Notes under the pieces: generated by a model
Database searches by the model: none
Told to the model about the DNA's origin: nothing
The model's input: only the letters and a program-made list of their open reading frames with translations
DNA from: Clostridia bacterium
Lineage (GTDB): Bacteria > Bacillota > Clostridia > Christensenellales > Aristaeellaceae
Reading direction: 5' to 3'
DNA: 64,000 nucleotides
Assembly (NCBI GenBank): GCA_017652125.1
Contig: JAGCBO010000058.1
Coordinates: 1,409 to 65,408 of the forward strand
Position numbers and translations under genes: made by a program
Shown: positions 28,499 through 36,433 of the stretch, one piece after another
Position numbering within the stretch: position 1 is the stretch's first letter
Layout of the letters: each line of letters starts with the position of its first letter

Positions 28499-29488
28499 TT
28501 ATTCTTTCGTTGTGCCGCCATAAGCATATTTGACCGGCAGGCATATCAGGGATGGCACATTGGAAAAATCCCTGGTAAGCACCGTGTTTACACAGGTCTC
28601 AGCGATTTCCCGGACAGGCTGTACAATGGTTGAAACAATCATTTCCTGTTCGCCGAACATCCGGCTTCCGTCAAATCCGATTACCTGTACATCTTCCGGC
28701 ACGCGGACGTTCATCTTCCGCAGGATGCGGATGATTTTCCAGGCAAGGGAATCCGTACCGACAAAAAGACCGTCGAGGGACATCCTGCCGTGTTCCAGAT
28801 GACGGGTCAGGAATTCCTCGAATTTTTCAAAGGGCTCGCTGTCTTCCAGGCATATCACTTCAAAAGGGAGCCCCATCTCCACACAGGCGCTGACAAAACC
28901 GTCCCTCCGTTTGCTGGGCTCGTTGGTAATTGCTGATCCGGTCCGCATGAACGCCACATTCGTGCAACCGAGTTCTTTCAGTTTCCGGGCGGCAAGATAT
29001 CCTCCGCCGAAGTTGTCCGACGACACGCACGGAACCGAACTGGAAAAGAACCGGTCGATGGTGACAAAAGGAATTCCCTCCGGAATGACCAGACTGGGAT
29101 GATAGGTAAGGGCAATAATCCCATCCACCCGGTTGTGCTGGGCAAGCTGGATAAATTCCGGCTCCCGGTCCCTGTCATATTCGGTGAAGCAGAGCATCAT
29201 TTTGTAATTATGCTTTTCCAGTGCAATGTTGATATGGTATACCAGCATGCTGAAAAAAGGATTAATTGTATTTGGAATGATGACCGCGACGGTATTTGTG
29301 CGATCCGTACGCAGTGCCCGGCCGCTGGGGTTATACCGGTAGCCCAGCTTCCGGATTGCTTCGTTTACCTTTTCCCTGAACTCTTTCCCGACCGGCTCCC
29401 CGTTGACTACACGGGAAACGGTACCCAGTGCGACACCAGCTTCACGGGCTACATCAGCCATCGTAGGGCTTTTGTTTTCTTTTGGCAT
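28499..29488 (-). CDS. LacI-family transcriptional repressor (ScrR-like)
   Basis: TMADVAREAGVALGTVSRVVN HTH, VPEDVQVIGFDG, TIVQP. Confidence 0.93.
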   Translation of the reverse strand: MPKENKSPTMADVAREAGVALGTVSRVVNGEPVGKEFREKVNEAIRKLGYRYNPSGRALRTDRTNTVAVIIPNTINPFFSMLVYHINIALEKHNYKMMLCFTEYDRDREPEFIQLAQHNRVDGIIALTYHPSLVIPEGIPFVTIDRFFSSSVPCVSSDNFGGGYLAARKLKELGCTNVAFMRTGSAITNEPSKRRDGFVSACVEMGLPFEVICLEDSEPFEKFEEFLTRHLEHGRMSLDGLFVGTDSLAWKIIRILRKMNVRVPEDVQVIGFDGSRMFGEQEMIVSTIVQPVREIAETCVNTVLTRDFSNVPSLICLPVKYAYGGTTKE

Positions 29489-29521
29489 ATCGTTCACCTC
29501 TGCGTTGCCTTTTCATGAATT

Positions 29522-29550
29522 ATTATAATCGTTTCATGAAATAAAGTCAA
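29522..29550 (-). promoter_or_regulatory. Promoter of the LacI regulator, with overlapping LacI-type operator
   Basis: TTGACT-17 bp-TATAAT; spacer contains ATGAAACGATTAT. Confidence 0.7.
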
Positions 29551-29630
29551 TCAGAATTGTTTGTAAATTAAAAAGTTAGTATATTGGAAAAGCATTGGAA
29601 AAGCATAACAGTTTTTTCATTATTTACGGG

Positions 29631-29686
29631 TTGACATACATGAAAATCTATGATATTTTTGCTATAGATTCATATAACGTTTCATT
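29631..29686 (+). promoter_or_regulatory. Promoter of the ABC operon plus downstream LacI-type operator
   Basis: TTGACA-17 bp-TATTTT (TG-extended); ATATAACGTTTCAT at about 29672-29685. Confidence 0.6.
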
Positions 29687-29722
29687 CCATCTACCGGATC
29701 ATTTCAGACAGGAGGAATGCTT

Positions 29723-30649
29723 ATGACTTCAGCCGCTGTCCCGCGAAAGCCGCTTCGTAAGAATCTGGGCCGGCGATTTGCGGACCACTGGCAGCTGTAC
29801 GTGCTGTTGCTGATCCCGGTGATCATCACCATCGTGTACAAGTATGGTCCCATGTACGGTATCCAGATTGCTTTCCGTAATTACAATCCAGGCCTTGGCA
29901 TCACAGAAAGTCCCTGGGTGGGCTGGAAGTGGTTCGAACGCTTTTTCCGCGCTCCGAACTTCGACCGGATGCTGTGGAATACTGTCAAGCTGAGCGTTTT
30001 CGGTTTACTGTGGGGTTTCCCGGTGCCTATTATCCTGAGCCTGGTACTGAACCAGCTGCGGTTCAAACGGCTTAAGCGCACTACGCAGACCGTCATCTAC
30101 GCACCGCATTTCATTTCTACCATGGTTATCTGCGGTATGCTGCGCATCTTCCTGTCTCCCTCCGGCGGTCTGATTAACCTGATTGCCGGTACAAACATCG
30201 ATTTCCTGACGGAAGCAGGCGCGTTCCGCACCATTTACGTTGCAAGCGGAATCTGGCAGGAAGCCGGCTGGGGTACCATTATTTACCTGGCCACGCTGAG
30301 CAGCATCGACACTTCACTGTATGAAGCTGCCAAGGTAGACGGCGCCAGCGTGTTTCAACGCATCCTGCACATCGATATTCCCTGCCTTCTGCCCATGATC
30401 ATTCTGCAGCTTATCCTGAGCGCTTCCGGCATTATGAACGTCGGTTTTGAAAAAGCATATCTGCTCCAGACCGACCTGAACCGCGCGACCAGTGATATCA
30501 TCGCAATTTACGTGTATGAGCAGGGTATCGTCAGCGCCCGGTATGAACTGGGAACTGCCGTTGGCCTGTTCAATACGGCCATTAATATTGTGCTGCTTGT
30601 GATCGTCAACCGGATTGCAAAAAAATTCGGCGATGTCAACTTTGTGTAA
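29723..30649 (+). CDS. Oligosaccharide ABC permease (LplB-like)
   Basis: YGPMYGIQIAF, PHFIS, LYEAAKVDGA EAA loop. Confidence 0.93.
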   Translation: MTSAAVPRKPLRKNLGRRFADHWQLYVLLLIPVIITIVYKYGPMYGIQIAFRNYNPGLGITESPWVGWKWFERFFRAPNFDRMLWNTVKLSVFGLLWGFPVPIILSLVLNQLRFKRLKRTTQTVIYAPHFISTMVICGMLRIFLSPSGGLINLIAGTNIDFLTEAGAFRTIYVASGIWQEAGWGTIIYLATLSSIDTSLYEAAKVDGASVFQRILHIDIPCLLPMIILQLILSASGIMNVGFEKAYLLQTDLNRATSDIIAIYVYEQGIVSARYELGTAVGLFNTAINIVLLVIVNRIAKKFGDVNFV

Positions 30650-30668
30650 GAGGGGAGGGAAAAAAGAT

Positions 30669-31580
30669 ATGTCTGTCATTTCCAGAAGAAATCAGGGCAA
30701 GCTGGGTGGCTTCAGCGACCGTACCAGCGATATCATTCTGATCGTTTTTTCCCTGATTATCCTTTTAATTGTAGCATATCCGCTGTATTACGTGCTGATT
30801 GCATCCTTGTCCGATCCATATGATGTATATGCGGGCAAAACTTTCCTGCTGCCGAGCCAGTTTACATTGGAAGGCTACAAGGCGGTATTCGCCGAGCCCA
30901 ATATCGTGCGTGGCTATGGTAACAGCATCCTGTATACTGTATTGGGTACGATTTACTCCGTGGCTCTGATTTACCTGGTTGGTTATCCGCTGTCTGTGCC
31001 GACTTTGCCAGGTAAAAAGCTGATCAGTATCTTCTTCATTATCACCATGTACTTTGGCGGCGGCTTGATCCCTACCTACCTGATTGTGCAGAAAACAGGC
31101 ATCATGCAGACTTTCTGGGCTATGTTCCTGCCCGGAGGCGTAGCGGTCAGCAATGCGATCATTGCCCGAAACTACTTTGAAAACAGCATTCCCGGCGCAT
31201 TGAAAGAAGCGGCCAGCATCGACGGAGCTTCCCACTTCCGCATCTTCTTCTCCATGATCATTCCGCTGTCCATGCCCATTCTGTCCGTAATGGTGATTTT
31301 CTCCATGGTAGCCTACTGGAACGAATGGTTCACCGCCCTGATTTACATGACCAACGAGCAGGCTCCGCTGCCCCTGGTGCTGCGCAATATCCTGATCAAG
31401 TCCTCCGCATCGGCAAGCCAGGCCAGCATGATTTCCGGCGGTTACGCGGAACTGAACAAAATGACCGAAATGATCAAGTTCTCTTCCATCATTGTGGCAG
31501 CCGCTCCCATGCTGATCGCCTATCCCTTCGTGCAGAAGTACTTCGAAAAGGGACTCATGGCAGGCGCGGTCAAAGGTTAA
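30669..31580 (+). CDS. Oligosaccharide ABC permease (LplC/YtcP-like)
   Basis: MYFGGGLIPTY, EAASIDGA, YPFVQKYF..G.VKG. Confidence 0.93.
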   Translation: MSVISRRNQGKLGGFSDRTSDIILIVFSLIILLIVAYPLYYVLIASLSDPYDVYAGKTFLLPSQFTLEGYKAVFAEPNIVRGYGNSILYTVLGTIYSVALIYLVGYPLSVPTLPGKKLISIFFIITMYFGGGLIPTYLIVQKTGIMQTFWAMFLPGGVAVSNAIIARNYFENSIPGALKEAASIDGASHFRIFFSMIIPLSMPILSVMVIFSMVAYWNEWFTALIYMTNEQAPLPLVLRNILIKSSASASQASMISGGYAELNKMTEMIKFSSIIVAAAPMLIAYPFVQKYFEKGLMAGAVKG

Positions 31581-31652
31581 TGCTCCCAATCCTCTGTTTC
31601 TGAGCGCAGGGTTGCGCTTTACAATTACCAACATATAAAAAGGAGGTTTCCC

Positions 31653-33269
31653 ATGAAAAAGATCGTATCTCTGATTTTGGCTGTTATCATGCTGATGGCC
31701 CTGATACCAGCTGCCTCTGCTGAGCAGACCGAATTTAACATCCTGAGCGGCATTTCTGCTTTGTCCGGCGGCTATGACAACAATGAAGTGCTTAATGCCA
31801 TGCAGGAGCAAGTCGGCATTAAGATCACCTGGGACACCTGGTCTGACAGCCTGGGTGAGGTGGTTGGCACGCGTATCAGCGGCAACGCCGCCAGCAAGAC
31901 TCCAATCGATGCCTTCCAGGCCTGCGGTTTCAGCAACTTTGATCTGATGCGCTACGGCTCTGCCGGCACCTTCATTGATCTGACCCCCTACATCACCCCC
32001 GAAGTAATGCCGAACCTGGCCGGCATTCTGGACGCACATCCCGAAATCAGGGCCGCTATTACCATGAGCGACGGCAAAATCTACGGCCTCCCCGCAGGTG
32101 AGCAGATGGGTACCGCCGGTATCGGCCGCGAAAAGGATTATTCCATCTTCTCCGTGCCCCAGTTTGCCATGATCAACAAGGTATGGCTTGATGATCTGGG
32201 ACTGGCTATTCCCACCACCCTCGATGAACTGCACGACGTACTGGTGGCTTTCAAAGAGAACGACATGTCCGCAAAGATCTACGGCAATGACGCTGGTTCC
32301 ACCATTCCCATGAGCACCGGTTTCGACGAGTGGTGCTGGGGTCAGAACGTGTTCTATGCCGGCTTCGGCTTTACCAACTGGCCCAATGACGTTTGCATGG
32401 ACCTTACTGTAAATCAGGATGGCGTGGTCAACTTCGTTTCCGATGATGACAATTACCGCGCTGCTGTGACCTACTTCCATGACTGGTACGCTGATGGCCT
32501 GATGGATCTGGAAATGTTCTCCCAGGATACCAACCAGCTGATCGCCAAGTGCACCGGCGGCCGCGTGGGTGTTGCTACTTGGTGGGAAATCAACGAAATC
32601 ATGGGACCGCACGCTGCCGACTACGTGTATCTGCCCATCCTCAACGGTCCCGACGGAACCAGCAATGTCACCCTGCGCACAGGCGGCGCCATCAATGCCG
32701 GCCAGCTGTCCATCACCGCCCAGTGTCAGGATCCTGCCAAGCTGCTTTCCTTCTATGACCTGTGGTACATCGGTGAAAACGTAATGCAGCTGCAGTATGG
32801 TCCCATCGGTGTGTTCTTTACCGAGAAGAATGAAAAAGGCCAGTGGAAGTCCATCACCGACGAGGACGCCCGCGCCAAGTTTAACAAGTCCTCCGGCGAA
32901 CTCAAGAGTCAGAGCGAAGTGGCTGGCCCGAAACTGATTCTTTCCCAGTACTACAATGACGTCTGGGAAATGGAAGCCCGTGCTCAGGAACGCTTGGCTG
33001 ATACCTATGACTACTGGTTCACCTTCGTAAAGGATTTCAGCTTCTATCCCCAGGACTGCGTATTCACCGAAGCTGAACTGGATGATCTTGACTTCTACCG
33101 TGGTGATTTTGAAAGTGCCGTGAAAGAGCAGGAAGCTCTGTGGATCAAGAACGGTGGACCTACCGACGAAGAATGGGAAGCCTACAAGGCAACTCTGGAG
33201 CGCTGCGGCTTGAGCACTCTGCTGGATATCTATCAGACGGTGTACGACCGCTATGTTGCTGCCAAGTAA
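31653..33269 (+). CDS. Oligosaccharide ABC substrate-binding protein
   Basis: AAGGAGG RBS, signal peptide, DGKIYGLP, INKVWLDDLGL.PTTLDEL. Confidence 0.93.
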   Translation: MKKIVSLILAVIMLMALIPAASAEQTEFNILSGISALSGGYDNNEVLNAMQEQVGIKITWDTWSDSLGEVVGTRISGNAASKTPIDAFQACGFSNFDLMRYGSAGTFIDLTPYITPEVMPNLAGILDAHPEIRAAITMSDGKIYGLPAGEQMGTAGIGREKDYSIFSVPQFAMINKVWLDDLGLAIPTTLDELHDVLVAFKENDMSAKIYGNDAGSTIPMSTGFDEWCWGQNVFYAGFGFTNWPNDVCMDLTVNQDGVVNFVSDDDNYRAAVTYFHDWYADGLMDLEMFSQDTNQLIAKCTGGRVGVATWWEINEIMGPHAADYVYLPILNGPDGTSNVTLRTGGAINAGQLSITAQCQDPAKLLSFYDLWYIGENVMQLQYGPIGVFFTEKNEKGQWKSITDEDARAKFNKSSGELKSQSEVAGPKLILSQYYNDVWEMEARAQERLADTYDYWFTFVKDFSFYPQDCVFTEAELDDLDFYRGDFESAVKEQEALWIKNGGPTDEEWEAYKATLERCGLSTLLDIYQTVYDRYVAAK

Positions 33270-33299
33270 TCCCAACAGCAAGACTTGAAACGTAAAACG

Positions 33300-33330
33300 C
33301 CGGGAGCCGGAATACCGGCTCCCGGTTTTC
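33300..33330 (+). terminator. Stem-loop after the SBP gene
   Basis: ccgggagccgg-aata-ccggctcccgg-tttt. Confidence 0.75.
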
Positions 33331-33365
33331 CCTGTTGTTAAATTTGATTCCGGGAGGTTTTTCCT

Positions 33366-34847
33366 ATGAGCATTAACCCCATGCCCCTTGAACGGGTCAG
33401 AGAATATGAACGGGAAAGGGCGATCCGGCTGCCTGCGGACGAACGCTCCCTCTTTCACCTGACTCCGCTCGTCGGATGGATGAATGATCCCAACGGATTT
33501 TGCTTCTACAAGGGGCAATTTCATCTGTTTTATCAATATTATCCTTTTTCCCGCTCGTGGGGGCCTATGCACTGGGGTCATGCCGTAACAACGGATTTGC
33601 TTCACTGGACGTACATGCCCTGCGCGCTTGCGCCTGACACGGCAGCGGATGCTGGCGGCTGCTTCTCCGGCAGCGCCGTGCCTATGCCGGACGGCAGGCT
33701 TATGCTTTTCTACACGGGGGTGCAGCCTGCAGGAACTTTCCGCCGGGAGACTCAGACGCAGTGTATCGCCATCGGAGACGGCACCGATTTTGAGAAATCC
33801 ATGTTGAATCCTGTGATTCGCCACGCTCATCTGCCTGCAGGGTACAGTGCTTTTGATTTCCGGGATCCCAAGGCCTGGCGGGAAGCCGACGGTACATTCC
33901 GTATGGCAGTGGCCAACAGGCATGAGGAACGGCAGGGCGCGATTCTGCTGATGAAAAGCCGGGACGGTGTGGACTGGCAGTTCGCGGGTGAAATCGACGC
34001 AAGCTGCAGCGAGTACGGGCGCATGTGGGAATGTCCGGATTTTTTCAGACTGGACGGAACACAGGTCCTGCTGGTCAGCCCGCAGGAGATGCATGCCCGG
34101 GAGGAATTCCACGCTGGCTACGGCACCGTGGCGTTCCTGGGAGACTTTGACGAATTGGAATGCCGTTTTGAGCGCAGAAACATCCAGCCAGTGGACCACG
34201 GCCTGACCTTTTATGCGCCTCAGACTACACTGGCCCCGGACGGAAGGCGCATCATGATCGGCTGGATGGACAACTGGGAAACCTGCAAAGAAGCTCCGCG
34301 GCGCCATCCCTGGTATGGTCAGATGACTGTACCGCGGGAGCTCTTTATCCGCGACGGCCGCCTCTGCCAGCATCCTGTCCGGGAAATGGAATCCATTTGG
34401 CTGGACACGGTCCGTCATGAACGGATTACAGTCCAGGATTCCGTATCATTGGAGGGAGTGCGGGGCAGACTCATGGATATGACCGTTACCCTGTATCCAG
34501 ATGGTTCAGGCTGCCGGCGCTTTACCCTGCATGTGGCGGAAGACGGTTCCCGCTATGTCCAGATCCGCTGTGACCTCGCGCGGGGCGAACTCGTTTTCGA
34601 CCGCAGCCACGGCGGTTCCCACCGGGATATTGCGCATACCCGCCACGTCCCGGCAGAAGTACGGGACGGAAAACTGGTTCTGCGCCTGCTGATGGATAAG
34701 GAAAGTATTGAACTTTTCATCAACGACGGTGAACGGGTTGTAACCTCCCTGATTCCCACATCTCCGGAAGCGGATGGGATTACCTTCGCTGCCGATGCGG
34801 CGGTCACGCTGTCTGTTGAAGCCCATCATCTGAAATCTACTGTCTGA
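33366..34847 (+). CDS. GH32 beta-fructofuranosidase / sucrose-6-phosphate hydrolase
   Basis: WMNDPNG, HWGHA, FSGSA, FRDP, WECPD, FYAPQT. Confidence 0.95.
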   Translation: MSINPMPLERVREYERERAIRLPADERSLFHLTPLVGWMNDPNGFCFYKGQFHLFYQYYPFSRSWGPMHWGHAVTTDLLHWTYMPCALAPDTAADAGGCFSGSAVPMPDGRLMLFYTGVQPAGTFRRETQTQCIAIGDGTDFEKSMLNPVIRHAHLPAGYSAFDFRDPKAWREADGTFRMAVANRHEERQGAILLMKSRDGVDWQFAGEIDASCSEYGRMWECPDFFRLDGTQVLLVSPQEMHAREEFHAGYGTVAFLGDFDELECRFERRNIQPVDHGLTFYAPQTTLAPDGRRIMIGWMDNWETCKEAPRRHPWYGQMTVPRELFIRDGRLCQHPVREMESIWLDTVRHERITVQDSVSLEGVRGRLMDMTVTLYPDGSGCRRFTLHVAEDGSRYVQIRCDLARGELVFDRSHGGSHRDIAHTRHVPAEVRDGKLVLRLLMDKESIELFINDGERVVTSLIPTSPEADGITFAADAAVTLSVEAHHLKSTV

Positions 34848-34885
34848 TTTTCCTTTTCGCTGCCTGAAAGGGCTGCTTCCTGCCA

Positions 34886-34906
34886 AAATCCCTCAGAAAT
34901 CCCTCA
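34886..34906 (+). repeat. Tandem aaatccctca repeats, candidate integrase arm-type sites
   Basis: aaatccctca-g-aaatccctca about 110 bp from the tRNA remnant. Confidence 0.45.
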
Positions 34907-35013
34907 CCGTTTGGGATGGAATGGGAAAAACGAGGAGTGTTCAGAAACTTGAAAGCGTTGATATTAAACGATCTGGGAATATGGAGGAGAGGCGAGAATC
35001 ATACAACAACAAT

Positions 35014-35038
35014 TTCAAGTCCTGTTTCCCGCACACCA
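35014..35038 (+). other. tRNA 3'-end remnant (tRNA-Leu-like), candidate att site
   Basis: TTCAAGT-CCTGT-TTCCCGC-A-(CA)-CCA: T-loop, T-stem 3' strand, acceptor 3' strand and CCA; no 5' half is present. Confidence 0.65.
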
Positions 35039-36397
35039 GGGGGGGCCGTCATGGACGGCCCTTTTTTCGCGGGCGCGGCGAAACAGAACTCTCTGCCAGG
35101 GCAGGCCCCAGGCCAGCATGCCGGTCCACCCGGCTACGCAGGCCACTCCCACGCCGCCGATGCCCATGGTGGGAACCAGCAGCAGGGTCAGAATCACCCG
35201 GATGGAGATCTGCGTCAGGGATCCGAGCAGCGAGCTCTTCATGGCGCCCACTCCCCGGTAGTACCCCTGCAGTCCGTTGGAAAGATGGGGCAGCCAGTAA
35301 CAGAAACCGATGATATCGAAGTAATGGACTCCCAGGCTGATCATGACGTCCTCCGTCGTGAACAGGGACATGAGCGGACGGCGCAGGAGCAGAACCACCG
35401 CGCTGATACAGATTCCGGCCAGCAGCTCCAGCAGCATGCCCTTCCGGTAGCCCTCCTCCGTCCGGCCGTGATTGCCCGCGCCCTCATTCTGAGCGATGAA
35501 GGCGGTCATGGCGGAGGAGATGCTTCGCCCGGGCAGCAGGCCGATATCCTCGATTTTCCGTACGGCGCTGTAGGCGGCGGCCGCGGAAATGCCGAGGGTA
35601 TTGACGCTGCCCTGGATAATGATGTTTCCGATCGGCTGCGCGCACTGCTGCAGAGCGGTCAGGCTGCCGTAGGAAAGGGTTCTCCGGGCCAGTCTCCCGT
35701 TGATCCGCAGATGTTTCCAGGGAATACGCAGCTCGGGAACATTGCGGTTGACGTGCCGGATGCACAGGAGGGCGCTGATGCCCTGAGCCGCGGCGGTGGC
35801 CAGCGCCGCGCCGAGAACGCCCAGCCGGGCCCAGGCAACCAGCGCCAGGTCCAGCAGGATGTTGATCAGGCAGGAGACGATCAGAAACCGCACGGGAGTG
35901 CGGGCGTCCCCCACGCTGCGAAGCGCGGCGCCGTAGATATTGTAAAGGCAGGTGAAGGGCATCCCCAGGAAGATGATCCGCAGGTAGACGGATGCCTCAT
36001 CCAGCGCTTCCGGCTGTACGTTCATCAGCCGGAAAATCGCCGGAGCCAGGGGAAGGCCGGCCGCCATCACGATGGCGGCGAAGATCAGCCCCAGGCTGAG
36101 GGTGGTTGCCATCTCTTCCCTCAGCCGTTCCAGATCCCTGGCGCCGAAGAAATTGCCCATCAGCACGGAGGCGCCGATGCATACGCCGGATACTCCCAGG
36201 ATCAGAAGGTTCATGATCTGATCGCAGGTACCCACCGCGGCCAGGCTGGTGCTTCCGGCGAAACGGCCGATGACGATGGTGTCAACCATGTTGTAGGAAA
36301 GCTGAAACAGATTCCCGAGCATCAGCGGGATGGCGAATTGAATCAGCTGGTTCCGGATCCGGCCCTGGGTCAGATCGGTGGTATGACGGTGAGACAT
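35015..36397 (-). CDS. MATE-family efflux transporter
   Basis: DLTQG, YNMVDTIVIGRF, LRSVGDARTP, NILLD, QNEGA; about 12 TM helices. Confidence 0.93.
   Translation of the reverse strand: MSHRHTTDLTQGRIRNQLIQFAIPLMLGNLFQLSYNMVDTIVIGRFAGSTSLAAVGTCDQIMNLLILGVSGVCIGASVLMGNFFGARDLERLREEMATTLSLGLIFAAIVMAAGLPLAPAIFRLMNVQPEALDEASVYLRIIFLGMPFTCLYNIYGAALRSVGDARTPVRFLIVSCLINILLDLALVAWARLGVLGAALATAAAQGISALLCIRHVNRNVPELRIPWKHLRINGRLARRTLSYGSLTALQQCAQPIGNIIIQGSVNTLGISAAAAYSAVRKIEDIGLLPGRSISSAMTAFIAQNEGAGNHGRTEEGYRKGMLLELLAGICISAVVLLLRRPLMSLFTTEDVMISLGVHYFDIIGFCYWLPHLSNGLQGYYRGVGAMKSSLLGSLTQISIRVILTLLLVPTMGIGGVGVACVAGWTGMLAWGLPWQRVLFRRAREKRAVHDGPPWCAGNRT
35042..35067. repeat. Right copy of the 26-bp direct repeat
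   Basis: Identical to 27370-27395. Confidence 0.9.
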
Positions 36398-36433
36398 CTT
36401 TTCTCCTGTAATGCGTCGGAGGGTTCAGTCGGG

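Larger units (their letters stand above)
27370..35067. mobile_element. Integrase-less genomic islet for sucrose/fructo-oligosaccharide use
   Basis: Flanking 26-bp direct repeats, visibly lower GC with more A/T-ending codons, tRNA 3' remnant and arm-site-like repeats at the right end. Confidence 0.7.

Noticed and set aside
30765-34418. 1217-aa minus-strand ORF
   Set aside because: Antisense shadow of the permease, SBP and GH32 genes; no motifs; expected from codon bias.
35014-35038. Possible intact tRNA gene
   Set aside because: Only the T-loop and 3' acceptor strand are present; upstream sequence cannot form D or anticodon arms.
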